A stretch of DNA of 64,000 nucleotides from an uncultured Gammaproteobacteria bacterium. GTDB taxonomy: Bacteria; Patescibacteriota; Patescibacteriia; Patescibacteriales; UBA12465. The position numbers and the translations under genes were made by a program. Numbering within the stretch: the first letter of the stretch is position 1; each line of letters starts with the position of its first letter. The stretch lies in the NCBI GenBank assembly GCA_964517325.1, contig CAZFBV010000001.1:39310-103309 (forward strand). The letters are read 5' to 3'. Below the pieces are notes generated by a model. The model searched no databases and was not told the DNA's origin. It saw only the letters and a program-made list of their open reading frames with translations. Shown here one piece after another: positions 54,463-64,000 of the stretch.

Positions 54463-55854
54463 ATGTCTTATACTCCCATCAAATCATTATATAAAGACAC
54501 CGGCCGCTACCTGAATAAGAAGATAAATGTCGCCGGCTGGGTCAGGACGGCGCGTTCTTCCAAGGAATTCGGCTTCATTGAGCTTAATGACGGTTCTTTC
54601 TTCAAGAGTCTGCAGATTGTCTTTGAGAGCGGCTTAGAAAATTTTTCCGAGGTAGAAAATATCAGCGTCGGTTCATCTTTGGAAATAGAAGGCGAACTGG
54701 TCGAATCTCCCGCTGCCGGGCAGGCTTTCGAACTCCAGGCCAAAAAGATAACTATCATCAACCGCGCCCCGGAAGATTATCCGCTCCAGAAGAAGAAGCA
54801 TAGCTTCGAGTTCTTGCGCGAGATTGCGCATCTGCGCGGCCGCAGCAATACTTTTTCTGCCGTCTTCCGCTTGCGCTCTTCACTCAGCTACGCTATCCAT
54901 AAATTTTTCCAGGAAGAAGGCTTCTCTTATGTCCATACTCCGATAATCTCCACGAGCGATGCCGAAGGCGCGGGCGAGATGTTCCAAGTGACGACTTTAG
55001 ATTTAAAAAATACGCCTAAAGATAAGAAAGGCGAAGTCGATTACAGCGAAGATTTTTTCGGCAAAAAAGCGGGACTGACTGTCAGCGGCCAGCTTAACGC
55101 TGAAGCTTTAGTCATGGGTTTGAATAAGGTCTATACTTTCGGCCCGACTTTCCGCGCTGAGAATTCGAATACGACCCGCCATGCTTCCGAATTTTGGATG
55201 ATGGAGCCGGAAATGGCTTTTGCTGATTTGAATGACGACATGGCTCTGGCTGAAAAGATGCTGAAATATCTGGTCGCCTATGTCTTGAAAGAATTGCCGG
55301 AAGAGATGGAATTTTTCAATAAGTTCATCGATACTACGCTGATGGAACGTTTGCATAATATCGTCAGCTCTGAATTCGGTCGGGTCACTTATACTGAAGC
55401 GATCAAGATTTTAGAAAAATCCGGCGAGAAGTTCGCTTTCCCGGTAAAATGGGGAATCGATCTCCAGACTGAGCATGAACGCTATCTGACCGATAAGGTC
55501 TTTAAGAAGCCAGTCTTTGTCATTGATTATCCGAAAGATATCAAAGCTTTCTATATGCGCCTGAACGATGATGGCAAGACCGTCGCCGCCATGGATCTGT
55601 TAGTTCCTGGCATCGGCGAGATCATCGGCGGCAGCCAAAGGGAAGAACGTTTAGATAATCTGACTAAGCGCATGAAGGAGATGAATATGAAGCTGGAAGA
55701 CTATCAATGGTATCTGGATCTGCGCCGCTTCGGTTCCGTCAAGCACGCCGGTTTCGGCTTAGGCTTTGAACGGGCGATCATGTATCTGTCTGGAATGGCT
55801 AATATCCGCGATGTCATCCCGTTCCCGCGCACTCCGAAGAATGCCGAGTTCTAA
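54463..55854 (+). CDS. asnS: asparagine--tRNA ligase
   Basis: ATG 54463; the track start 54406 overlaps asp[22 protein letters not shown] and [12 protein letters not shown]. Confidence 0.88.
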   Translation: MSYTPIKSLYKDTGRYLNKKINVAGWVRTARSSKEFGFIELNDGSFFKSLQIVFESGLENFSEVENISVGSSLEIEGELVESPAAGQAFELQAKKITIINRAPEDYPLQKKKHSFEFLREIAHLRGRSNTFSAVFRLRSSLSYAIHKFFQEEGFSYVHTPIISTSDAEGAGEMFQVTTLDLKNTPKDKKGEVDYSEDFFGKKAGLTVSGQLNAEALVMGLNKVYTFGPTFRAENSNTTRHASEFWMMEPEMAFADLNDDMALAEKMLKYLVAYVLKELPEEMEFFNKFIDTTLMERLHNIVSSEFGRVTYTEAIKILEKSGEKFAFPVKWGIDLQTEHERYLTDKVFKKPVFVIDYPKDIKAFYMRLNDDGKTVAAMDLLVPGIGEIIGGSQREERLDNLTKRMKEMNMKLEDYQWYLDLRRFGSVKHAGFGLGFERAIMYLSGMANIRDVIPFPRTPKNAEF

Positions 55855-55861
55855 AGCGGTT

Positions 55862-56881
55862 ATGTCCATAATATTTTTCTTTATAATTTTACCCGTCACC
55901 GTGCTCATGATAACATCTGTCGTCATGGCGCTGCGGGAAGGGAATATCAATCATATGAATAAGCACAATGCGAAGTACGCTTTCTATTATCTCCTCTCCT
56001 TGGCAGCGCTCATCTTCACGGCGCTTTCGTTCGGCATGATCATCTTCAGCATCATTGACAAGGTCATTCCTGATGTCCTGAATAGCTATAGCAATGTCGA
56101 CAGCCAATTGAAGTTCGCTATTTCCGCTTTATTCATCGCCGCGCCGATATTCTATTTCATTTCCAGCCTCATTCATAAAGGGATCCATAAGGGCGAATTA
56201 GAGAAAGACTCCGCTATCCGCCGCTGGCTCACTTATTTCATCATCCTCGTCTCTTCGATGATCATCCTCGGCGTCTTCATCGGCGTCATCAATAATTTCT
56301 TATCAGGCGAGCTTACCAGCCGTTTTATTTTTAAGGCTCTGACCATGCTCTTCATTTCCGGAGTCTGTTTTTCTTTTTATTTTTATGATATCAAGCGCGA
56401 GAATCCGGATAAGGCCGATAAGGTCGTCAAAATCTTTTTTTTCGCAACTCTAGCCTGCGTCATCGCCGCTTTCGTCGCCGCCTGGTTTTTTGTCGAATCT
56501 CCTAAGACCGCGCGCAATCGCCGCTTGGATCAGGCTCTGGTTCAGAATATCTATACTATCGAAAATGCCGTAAACAGCTATTATGATCGCAATAAGAAAT
56601 TGCCGCTGAATCTGGAAGAACTCAAGGCTGATAAGAATATCTATATCAACGCGAGCGCGCTGATCGATCCGGAAACCAAGGCGCCGATAGCTTACAATAA
56701 GATCAGCGACAAAGAATTCGAAATGTGCGCGACCTTCCGCACCGATTCGATCGAGGAGAACGCCAAACAGGCGACTTCTTATATCGGTATGGATGTGAAT
56801 AGCAAGGAACATCGCTCTGGCTACCAATGCCTGCGCGGCAATCTTTATACGGTCGTCAAAGCTGTCGAAACCACTAAATAA
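55862..56881 (+). CDS. polytopic membrane protein (DUF5671-like) fused to a C-terminal pilin-like domain
   Basis: ATG 55862; the track start 55766 overlaps asnS. About 6 TM helices, then ARNRRLDQALVQNIYTIENAVNSYYDRNKKLP and two Cys (EMCATF, YQCLRG), resembling the globular part of type IV pilins/pseudopilins. Confidence 0.55.
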   Translation: MSIIFFFIILPVTVLMITSVVMALREGNINHMNKHNAKYAFYYLLSLAALIFTALSFGMIIFSIIDKVIPDVLNSYSNVDSQLKFAISALFIAAPIFYFISSLIHKGIHKGELEKDSAIRRWLTYFIILVSSMIILGVFIGVINNFLSGELTSRFIFKALTMLFISGVCFSFYFYDIKRENPDKADKVVKIFFFATLACVIAAFVAAWFFVESPKTARNRRLDQALVQNIYTIENAVNSYYDRNKKLPLNLEELKADKNIYINASALIDPETKAPIAYNKISDKEFEMCATFRTDSIEENAKQATSYIGMDVNSKEHRSGYQCLRGNLYTVVKAVETTK

Positions 56882-56883
56882 GT

Positions 56884-57642
56884 ATGATGGATGTAACGTG
56901 TGAAAAATTTTCCGGCCCTTTCGGCTTGCTGCTCAGTCTGATCGAGAGCGAGGAGATGGATATAACCGAAATCGCCCTAGCGAAGATCGCTGACGAGTAT
57001 GTCGCTTATGTCCGCGCTAACCGCGGCATCGATCCGGAGGAAATGGCCGATTTCCTGGTCATCGCCGCTAAGCTGTTGTTCATCAAATCAAAGGCGCTCT
57101 TGCCATACCTTTATACCGGTGAAGAAGAGGAAGAGATCAATGACTTGGAGCGCCAGCTCCGAATGTATAAGGAATTTGTCGCCGCTAGCCAGAAAGTCAA
57201 GGAATTAGTCGCATCGCCGCGCCGTTCCTTCTTGCCGCCCTTGACCAAGAATCGCCGCAGCGGTTTCAATCTGCCGGTCTTCTGTCCGCCGGCCAAGTTG
57301 AATGCCGCCTTGATCCACGAACATTTTTTGATCTTGCTGGATAATCTGGAAAAACAGCTGGCAAAGATACGGGAAGAGAAATTGCCGGAAAAGACTTTAG
57401 AGCCGAAGATAAGCATCGACGATAAGATCGCTTCGATCAAGCAGATGATCTCTGCCAAGATCAAGGTGAATTTTTCAAAGCTGCTCGCTTCGGCCGCGAC
57501 TCGGACGGAAGTGATCGTCAGTTTCTTGGCTGTCCTGGAGCTGGCCAAACAGAAGGAATTATTCTTTGAGCAAGACGAATTGTTCAGCGAAATCCTGATC
57601 AGCCGTCCGGATGAAGCCGCGGCTCTAACTAATCAAATCTAA
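56884..57642 (+). CDS. scpA: segregation and condensation protein A (kleisin)
   Basis: 252 aa. FSGPFGLLLSLIESEEMDITEIALAKI N-terminus. Followed by scpB. Confidence 0.85.
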   Translation: MMDVTCEKFSGPFGLLLSLIESEEMDITEIALAKIADEYVAYVRANRGIDPEEMADFLVIAAKLLFIKSKALLPYLYTGEEEEEINDLERQLRMYKEFVAASQKVKELVASPRRSFLPPLTKNRRSGFNLPVFCPPAKLNAALIHEHFLILLDNLEKQLAKIREEKLPEKTLEPKISIDDKIASIKQMISAKIKVNFSKLLASAATRTEVIVSFLAVLELAKQKELFFEQDELFSEILISRPDEAAALTNQI

Positions 57643-57644
57643 TT

Positions 57645-58193
57645 ATGTCATTAAAATCACAGGTAGAATCTTTGTTGTTCGTTTCTCTTAAGCCGTTATC
57701 CTTGAAAGAATTGGCGGCGGCTATGAAGGCGCCGGCCAAAGAACTGGAAGAAGCGCTGGATGAATTGACAAGCGATTATGCCCAAGGTGATCGCGGTTTG
57801 GCGATTATTAAGAATAACGGGCAATATCAGCTGACGACCGCGGTCGGAAATGCGGCCCTGGTTCAAGAATTCCTTAAGGATGAAACCAGCGGAGAATTAT
57901 CCCAGCCGAGCCTGGAAGCCTTGACTATCATCGCTTATCGCGGGCCGATCGCTAAGCTGGAATTAGAGAGGATCAGAGGCGTCAATTGCAGCCTAATCAT
58001 CCGCAATCTGCTCTTGCGCGGCTTAATTGAGGAGAAATTCGAGAAAGCGAAGAATGAAAATTATTATACGGTCACTCATGATTTCGTCCGTTTCCTCGGA
58101 TTAGGCAGCATTGAGGAATTGCCGGATTATGCCAAGCTTAATTCAGCTGAATCCTTGAACACGGTCTTGGCCGCGACGGAAGATAAAAATTAA
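57645..58193 (+). CDS. scpB: segregation and condensation protein B
   Basis: 182 aa. LEALTIIAYRGPIAKLELERIRGV winged-helix motif. Confidence 0.85.
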   Translation: MSLKSQVESLLFVSLKPLSLKELAAAMKAPAKELEEALDELTSDYAQGDRGLAIIKNNGQYQLTTAVGNAALVQEFLKDETSGELSQPSLEALTIIAYRGPIAKLELERIRGVNCSLIIRNLLLRGLIEEKFEKAKNENYYTVTHDFVRFLGLGSIEELPDYAKLNSAESLNTVLAATEDKN

Positions 58194-58203
58194 TCATACT
58201 AAG

Positions 58204-59073
58204 ATGTTTTGGACGACGATAGTTAACATAATCACAGCCTTATTTTTCAGTTTTCATGGCGTTCCGGCCGCAACCTCAGGAGCAGAGAGCCTGATCTTGA
58301 ATCCGGGCGCGCCTAAAGCGCAGATGAGTGCCGAAAGGGGCGCAGTCTTGGCGGCAGATGACCATTTCTTCCTATTCACTGAAAAAGCGGATGAAGCCCA
58401 GCCGATCGCGAGCATCACCAAGCTTATGACCGCCCTGGTCTTCTTAGATAATAATCCTGGCTGGGATAAGACCTATACGATCACGGAAGCGGACAAGGTC
58501 GAAGGCGGGCGCTTGAACCTTTTCTTGGGGGACGAAGTGACTCTCAAAGACCTGTTCTATACGAGCTTGGTCGCTTCCGATAACGGCGCGACTTTAGCCT
58601 TAGTCCACGCTAGCGGTTTGAGTGAAGAGGAGTTCGTTAAAAAGATGAATGAACAGGCGGCTAAATTAGGATTAAAACAGACATCATTCAGCGATCCGGT
58701 CGGCTTGAGCGAATATAATCTGTCGACGGCCCGCGAAGTCGCGCTTTTAGCCCAAGCCGCTTTCAAACGCAGCGAGATCAGCGCGGCGACCACTAAGCCG
58801 GATTATCGTTTCATGACTATGAACGGCCGGGAAAAAAAGATCGAATCGACCGATTATCTGCTTTTTGATTCCGGCGAGAAAACTTTAACCGTGCTCGGCG
58901 GCAAGACCGGCTATACTGAAAAGGCCGGCTATTGCTTTGTCGGACGTTTGCAGAATGGCGCCGGCCGCGAGGTGATTTCGGTCGTGCTGAACAGCCAGGA
59001 TAAGAACGGGCGTTTCAAGGACAGCAAGAGCTTGGCTAATTGGGTTTTTAATAATTATAGTTTGGTTAAATAA
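58204..59073 (+). CDS. D-alanyl-D-alanine carboxypeptidase (S11 low-molecular-weight PBP)
   Basis: 289 aa. SITK (SxxK), SDN (SxN) and KTG motifs with the correct order and spacing. Confidence 0.85.
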   Translation: MFWTTIVNIITALFFSFHGVPAATSGAESLILNPGAPKAQMSAERGAVLAADDHFFLFTEKADEAQPIASITKLMTALVFLDNNPGWDKTYTITEADKVEGGRLNLFLGDEVTLKDLFYTSLVASDNGATLALVHASGLSEEEFVKKMNEQAAKLGLKQTSFSDPVGLSEYNLSTAREVALLAQAAFKRSEISAATTKPDYRFMTMNGREKKIESTDYLLFDSGEKTLTVLGGKTGYTEKAGYCFVGRLQNGAGREVISVVLNSQDKNGRFKDSKSLANWVFNNYSLVK

Positions 59074-59082
59074 TTTTTAAGT

Positions 59083-59562
59083 ATGTCTCTGATAAATGAT
59101 CTTTATTTCAAATTCCGCCGTTTTTTTTCCAGCCGCTGGCCCAGGCTTTATGATTTTTGCAACCGCCATAAATCGGTCATCAAGTTCTTTTTCGCCGGCT
59201 GCATGGCCGGAGGCGCCGATCTGGTATTCTTATTCATTCTCCACGGCCTTTTCAGATGGGGCTTAGTCTTTTCCACTAGCGCCGCTTTCATCCTTTCTTT
59301 CCTTATCAGCTTCACGCTGCAGAAATTCTGGACTTTCCGCAATTTTCGTCAGGATAAGGTTGTCGGCCAGTTATGCCTTTATGTACTTAACGCTTTCATC
59401 GGTTTGAATCTGAACGGTTTTTTCATGCACACTCTCGTTGCCAGATATGCCGTCTGGTACCTTTTAGCCCAGCTCATCGTCAATGTCGTCATCGGCGTCT
59501 GGAATTTCTTAGTTTATAAATTCTTAATCTTTAGGACGGACAAAAATGAAATTGCTTGTTAA
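59083..59562 (+). CDS. GtrA-family membrane protein
   Basis: 159 aa with 4 TM helices. KFFFAGCMAGGADLVFLFIL N-terminal pattern. Confidence 0.7.
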   Translation: MSLINDLYFKFRRFFSSRWPRLYDFCNRHKSVIKFFFAGCMAGGADLVFLFILHGLFRWGLVFSTSAAFILSFLISFTLQKFWTFRNFRQDKVVGQLCLYVLNAFIGLNLNGFFMHTLVARYAVWYLLAQLIVNVVIGVWNFLVYKFLIFRTDKNEIAC

Positions 59563-59875
59563 TAAGAGACAATTAGGAGAAGCGCCCGCTATCTGGCTGC
59601 GGCATGCCGGTTATGTCTTCATACCCGAACGCGAAAACGGCCAGGAGAGCTTTGTCCGCCGTTTGAGCCGCGATTTCTATCCGCGCTTCCATGTTTATTT
59701 TACGGAAGCGCCGGACAACAGCGGCCAAGATATGGTCACCTTTAATCTGCACCTAGATCAGAAGCGCCCGGGTTATCAAGGCTTCAGCCGCCATAACGCC
59801 GAATATGACGGGGAATTGGTCGAGCAGGAATTAGAACGCTTAAAAAGCTTAATATTGCCGGATTTATTCATATGA
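59546..59875 (+). CDS. hypothetical protein
   Basis: 109 aa. Overlaps the GtrA gene by 17 nt and dnaG by 4 nt (ATGA). No recognisable motif. Confidence 0.5.
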   Translation: MKLLVNKRQLGEAPAIWLRHAGYVFIPERENGQESFVRRLSRDFYPRFHVYFTEAPDNSGQDMVTFNLHLDQKRPGYQGFSRHNAEYDGELVEQELERLKSLILPDLFI

Positions 59876-61701
59876 GCCAATCAGAGGAGATAAAATCAAA
59901 ATTGGACATCGTGGAAGTCATCAGGGAATATATTCCCGTTAAAGCGGTCGGCGCTAATTTCCAGGCGCTCTGTCCGTTTCATAACGAGAAGTCTCCTTCT
60001 TTTGTGATATCTCCGGAAAAGCAGATCTGGCATTGCTTCGGCTGCGGCCGCGGCGGCGATGTCTTTGCTTTCGTGATGGAAAAGGAAGGCCTAGGCTTCA
60101 TGGAAACTCTGCGCTTGCTCGCTCCGAAAGCGGGCGTGACTTTGCAATATGAAAATCCCCAAGATTATTCCGAACGCAATCGCCTTTTAGATATCATGGA
60201 GCTGGCAGGGAAATATTATGCGCATATTTTGACGACGCCGACCGGACATGAGGCGCGTGAATATTTATTGAAGCGAGGCTTGAACGATGAGAATATCGCC
60301 GAGTGGCAATTAGGTTATAGCCTTGATTCTTGGAGCGGCTTGTATGACTTCCTGAAAGCCCGGCCTCTGACCGGCAAGAAATATACCGATGAAGAGATAG
60401 TTTTAGCCGGGTTGGCTATCAAGAAAGAAGCTCGGGCCGGCAGCCGCGGTTTTTATGATCGCTTCCGCGACCGCATCATGTTTCCGATCTGGGATGTGAA
60501 TAATAATCTCATCGCTTTTACCGCTCGCGTCAATCCGGCCAAGGAAGCGACCGAGAAGATGGGGAAGTATATCAACAGCCCGCAGACCAAGATTTATGAT
60601 AAGAGCCGCGTCCTATTCGCTCTGAATAAGGCCAAGAACGCGATCAGGCAAGAAGACCTGGCTATCGTCGTCGAGGGCCAGATGGATGCCATTTCTTGCC
60701 ATAATCACGGCTTTAAGAATGTAGTCGCGTCATCAGGCACAGCCCTGACGACCGAGCAGGTCTCTCTCATCAAAAGATTCACCAATAATGTCGCCTTGCT
60801 CTTCGATATGGATGCCGCCGGACAGATGGCCGCTGACAGAGGGATAAAGGAAGTGCTGGCGCAAGAAATGAACCTGAAGATAATCGTGCTCGGTTCCGGG
60901 AAGGATCCGGACGAATGCCTGAAGAATAATCCGGAAGAATTCAAGGCAGCCGTCGCGAACGCTAAGCCGATGCTGGAATATTATTTTGGAAAAGTCAGCG
61001 CCGGATTAGATCTCGGCCAGTTAGACAATAAGCGCGGCATTAGCGCAAAGATGTTCGCGATGATAGATCTCGTCGTGAATAAGATGGAACAAGGATATTG
61101 GCTGAAGAAGTTGAGCGAAGAACTCGGATTTTCTGAAACTGATACTCGCGAGGAGTTCGTGAAGTGGCAGTCTAAGCATGGCGTATTAAAGGCAGAGAGT
61201 TCCAGAAATATAAAAAATAGCGAAAATAAGCCAAAAAATGAACAAACAGTTCCGGAGTTAAGCCGCGAAGACAAGTTGGCCGAGCTCCTCATGTCCTTAT
61301 TGGTGAAATTTCCGGAATTCATTTCTTATAGCGTCAGCAATCTTGATCCGAGCATCCTGGTTGACGGTCCTTTGGCTAAGTTTTACAGAAATCTGATTAT
61401 CTATTATAATAAATCTACCTCTTTGAGCTATGAAGGCTTCCGCGCCCATTTAACGGAAGACGGCAGCGGGTCGGAAAGAATCTTGGATAAGCTCGTGCTT
61501 TTGGGAGAAAAAGATTTCTATGATTATAATGTTGATTCAGTCAAAGCCGAGATAATCAAGATTATCGCCGAACTTAAGAAATATAGCCGTCAGCGCCAGG
61601 TGCAAGCCTTGCAGCGCGAAATCGCCCTGGCGGAAAAAACCGGCGACAAGGAGCGGCTCAATGTTCTGATGGATCAATTGAGGCAAGCGACTATTTCATA
61701 A
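59872..61701 (+). CDS. dnaG: DNA primase
   Basis: 609 aa. Zinc finger CPFHNEKSPSFVISPEKQIWHCFGCGRGGD and TOPRIM IVVEGQMDAIS. Confidence 0.92.
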   Translation: MSQSEEIKSKLDIVEVIREYIPVKAVGANFQALCPFHNEKSPSFVISPEKQIWHCFGCGRGGDVFAFVMEKEGLGFMETLRLLAPKAGVTLQYENPQDYSERNRLLDIMELAGKYYAHILTTPTGHEAREYLLKRGLNDENIAEWQLGYSLDSWSGLYDFLKARPLTGKKYTDEEIVLAGLAIKKEARAGSRGFYDRFRDRIMFPIWDVNNNLIAFTARVNPAKEATEKMGKYINSPQTKIYDKSRVLFALNKAKNAIRQEDLAIVVEGQMDAISCHNHGFKNVVASSGTALTTEQVSLIKRFTNNVALLFDMDAAGQMAADRGIKEVLAQEMNLKIIVLGSGKDPDECLKNNPEEFKAAVANAKPMLEYYFGKVSAGLDLGQLDNKRGISAKMFAMIDLVVNKMEQGYWLKKLSEELGFSETDTREEFVKWQSKHGVLKAESSRNIKNSENKPKNEQTVPELSREDKLAELLMSLLVKFPEFISYSVSNLDPSILVDGPLAKFYRNLIIYYNKSTSLSYEGFRAHLTEDGSGSERILDKLVLLGEKDFYDYNVDSVKAEIIKIIAELKKYSRQRQVQALQREIALAEKTGDKERLNVLMDQLRQATIS

Positions 61702-61717
61702 ATAATTACTTAGTCAT

Positions 61718-63010
61718 ATGGTTAAAAATACTAAAGTGAAAAATAAGAAGCCGATCTCTAAGCCAGCGCCGAAGTCGAAAGCCAAGGCGGCCGCTAAAAC
61801 CAAGCCGAAGAAGCGGGCCGATAGTTCGCCGAAGAAGGCGAAGAAGAATTTTTCCAGCCGCGGCCTGAAAGGCGTTAAAGTGGCGCCGGCTCGAGAAGCT
61901 AAGCCGGTCGTCAAGCCGACCGAAGAGCAACTGAAGAAGCTGATTGAGAAGGGCCGTCTGCGCGGTTTTATCACGGAAACCGAATTATTATATCTTTTTC
62001 CGGAAGTGGAAGAATATGTTTATGAATATGATGTCTTTTTGGGAGAATTGCAGAAGAGCGGCGTCAGAATCATGGAAGATTCCGGCCGCATCTTAGATAC
62101 AGCCGAAAAGAAAGCGGCGGAACCGCCTTTAACCGGCAAGGCTTTGGCGCACCAGAATGCCCTGAATGTCGATTTGTCGAAATTGAGCGCCGATTCTATC
62201 CAGATGTATCTGAAGGAAATCGGCAAAGTGCCGCTCTTAAGCGGCGAAGAAGAAGTCGAGCTCGCGAAGCGCAAAGAAAAGGGCGATAAGGAAGCGGAAA
62301 AGAGGATTATCGAGGCGAACTTGCGCTTAGTCGTCTCTATCGCTAAGAAATTCGCCGGCGCCAAAGGCATGAGCTTATTGGATTTGATCCAGGAAGGCAA
62401 TATCGGCTTATTCCGCGCAGTCGAAAAATTTGAATATCGCAAAGGCTATAAGTTCTCGACTTACGCGACTTGGTGGATACGCCAGGCGATTACGCGCGCG
62501 CTCGCGGATCAGTCCAGAACTATCCGCATTCCGGTCCATATGGTCGAGACGATCAATAAGTTCCAGCAGGTCCAGCGCAACCTTATCCAAGAATTGGGAC
62601 GCGAGCCTTTAGCCGATGAAATCGCTTCAGAAATGGGAGAAGATATCGATAAGGTCAGATATATCATGAAGATCTCGCAAGATACCATCTCCTTAGAGAC
62701 GACGATCGGCGATGACGATGAAGATTCGACTTTGGAAGATTTCATCGAAGATGTGAAGAATGTCACGCCTGACCGCGCCGCCGCCCTGCAATTATTGAAA
62801 GATTACGTGAAGAATATCGTCGCCCAGCTTTCGCCGCGCGAACAGAAAATTCTCGAGATGCGCTTCGGGCTCGTTGACGGCGTCGCCCATACCTTAGAAG
62901 AAGTCGGCCAAGAATTCGAAGTCACGCGCGAACGCATCCGCCAGATCGAATCGAAATCCCTTGAGAAGATCAGGAAATTCAAGGGGCTGGAGAAATTGAG
63001 AGATTATTAA
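61718..63010 (+). CDS. rpoD: primary RNA polymerase sigma factor (sigma70) with K/A/P-rich N-terminal extension
   Basis: 430 aa. Region 2 [13 protein letters not shown] and region 4.2 [20 protein letters not shown]. The first ~75 aa are lysine-rich low complexity. Confidence 0.92.
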   Translation: MVKNTKVKNKKPISKPAPKSKAKAAAKTKPKKRADSSPKKAKKNFSSRGLKGVKVAPAREAKPVVKPTEEQLKKLIEKGRLRGFITETELLYLFPEVEEYVYEYDVFLGELQKSGVRIMEDSGRILDTAEKKAAEPPLTGKALAHQNALNVDLSKLSADSIQMYLKEIGKVPLLSGEEEVELAKRKEKGDKEAEKRIIEANLRLVVSIAKKFAGAKGMSLLDLIQEGNIGLFRAVEKFEYRKGYKFSTYATWWIRQAITRALADQSRTIRIPVHMVETINKFQQVQRNLIQELGREPLADEIASEMGEDIDKVRYIMKISQDTISLETTIGDDDEDSTLEDFIEDVKNVTPDRAAALQLLKDYVKNIVAQLSPREQKILEMRFGLVDGVAHTLEEVGQEFEVTRERIRQIESKSLEKIRKFKGLEKLRDY

Positions 63011-63056
63011 AAATAGGGTATAATTAAGATATAACATAAGTATTTAAAATTATCTT

Positions 63057-63890
63057 ATGAAAAAAATTATTATCTCTTTCTTAGGCCTGTCTCTGTTCTT
63101 GGTTGCCGGTTGCAGCCGACCGGAAATCGCAAAAAACGAGCAGCCAGCGGCTATGGGCACGCCGCAATCGCAAACAAATGATCAGAATCAAGCGGCAGTG
63201 GAAACCTTAACTCCAAAAATCTTGAATGAAGTTTATGATAAGATTAAACAGGACTATAAGATTGAAGGGAAAATCAGCGTATCTGACGGGAAAGCGATAA
63301 TATCGTCCGCTTCAAGCACTAAAAGCTGGTGGATTACGGGGAATGGCTATAATCTGATGGTGAACAACGACTTGGGATCCATCGATGTGAATTATGATTC
63401 GCCCAAGGATCTAGTGGATTTGGCTGAAAAAGTTTTCTTAGATAACGGTTTTAAGCTGAATAAGGCTAATTCATCGATCTCTAAGACTGATAATTCTTCG
63501 ATAGCGGAAGCCGGCAGCAATTTTAACGATTATATAAGAGCCTATTTTAAAAATAATGAGTTCTGCCTAATTACGGCTGCGGTAGACGTGACTCCTAAAG
63601 AATTTAAGATCGGGTGCTTTGACAATCAGAGCATAATTCAAGCCGGCAATAACCAGACTATCTTCTTGAAGGGATTAAAAAAAGATAATAAGAAAGTGGC
63701 CATCGTTTCTATCCAGGGTTTTGGAAGTTCTGTCAAAGTCGGTCTTCAAGGCAGAGCGACCGGCTATTTCGCTATATTACATCGGAGCGATGCTTGGAAG
63801 GAAATATATAGCGGACAGAGCGACCCGAAATGCAGCTTGATGCAGCAATATAATATTCCTAAAGGGGTTTATGGCACATGCATCAATTAA
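63057..63890 (+). CDS. lipoprotein, unknown function
   Basis: 277 aa. Signal peptide with lipobox FLVAGCS. Confidence 0.65.
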   Translation: MKKIIISFLGLSLFLVAGCSRPEIAKNEQPAAMGTPQSQTNDQNQAAVETLTPKILNEVYDKIKQDYKIEGKISVSDGKAIISSASSTKSWWITGNGYNLMVNNDLGSIDVNYDSPKDLVDLAEKVFLDNGFKLNKANSSISKTDNSSIAEAGSNFNDYIRAYFKNNEFCLITAAVDVTPKEFKIGCFDNQSIIQAGNNQTIFLKGLKKDNKKVAIVSIQGFGSSVKVGLQGRATGYFAILHRSDAWKEIYSGQSDPKCSLMQQYNIPKGVYGTCIN

Positions 63891-63913
63891 TTTTAGGATA
63901 TAAAAAGAAGTAT

Positions 63914-63941
63914 AAAAAAATGGGCCGAGAGGCTCATTTTT
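63914..63941 (+). terminator. intrinsic terminator
   Basis: A-run, atgggcc-gaga-ggctcat (one G.U), then ttttt. Confidence 0.65.
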
Positions 63942-63952
63942 GTTGAGTAATA

Positions 63953-63981
63953 TTGACAAAGAAAGATTGAAGCAGTATATT
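63953..63981 (+). promoter_or_regulatory. sigma70 promoter for a gene beyond the window edge
   Basis: TTGACA (63953-58), 17 nt, TATATT (63976-81). Confidence 0.5.
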
Positions 63982-64000
63982 CAGAAATTAGTAAAACTAG

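Noticed and set aside
63943-64000. Possible start of a CDS (TTG 63943) running to the window edge.
   Set aside because: The segment is better explained by a TTGACA-17 nt-TATATT promoter (63953-63981) for a gene beyond the edge, and it is too short to support a coding call.

Overview
Gene-dense 64 kb window with about 81 CDS, mostly on the + strand, and a core of roughly 45% G+C by hand sampling. It reads like a small-genome Patescibacteria/CPR bacterium, probably Parcubacteria-like. That placement is an inference from gene content: no L30, truncated housekeeping proteins and pilin-like or DUF-type membrane proteins. All calls rest on motif recognition in the supplied translations and on reading the DNA; no similarity search was run.

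Gene content in order:
- HIT hydrolase, rfbB, a receiver domain and mreB.
- A surface/glycosylation block: GT4, an S8 protease with FG-GAP repeats, a UXS-like SDR, then on the - strand GT4-GT4-DUF2304-GT2 and a degenerate GspE-like protein.
- A peptidoglycan cluster, mraY-ftsW-murG-murC-(ABC exporter)-murB, followed by alaS.
- infA-rpmJ-rpsM-rpsK-rpsD-rpoA-rplQ, rplM-rpsI, an MFS transporter, prfB and comEC.
- A small A+T-rich islet with two orphan genes, then rpmB and an M50 peptidase.
- rpsL-rpsG-fusA-(orphan)-tuf, and the S10/spc operon rpsJ...rplO-secY.
- Three orphan ORFs, a TerC-like protein, map, ruvX, recO, aspS, asnS, a pilin-like membrane protein, scpA, scpB, a dac-type PBP, GtrA, dnaG-rpoD and a lipoprotein.

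I found no rRNA, canonical tRNA, CRISPR array, transposase or recognisable defence system.

Most interesting observations:
1. A three-copy family of ~105-nt structured palindromic repeats sits against gene ends (fusA stop; an inverted pair between ruvX and recO). All three helices keep their pairing through compensatory changes, and the core is REP-like (GTAG plus hairpin).
2. Start codons have a pervasive non-Shine-Dalgarno context (T at -1, usually AT-ATG), and some consensus promoters are placed for leaderless mRNAs.
3. RpoA lacks the alpha-CTD.
4. The translation and transcription machinery is remodelled: K/E/A-rich tails on many r-proteins and on sigma70, a four-Cys uL24, a minimal AlaRS and a split operon order without adk.
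5. There are structured leaders or spacers before tuf, rplC, infA and rpsL.
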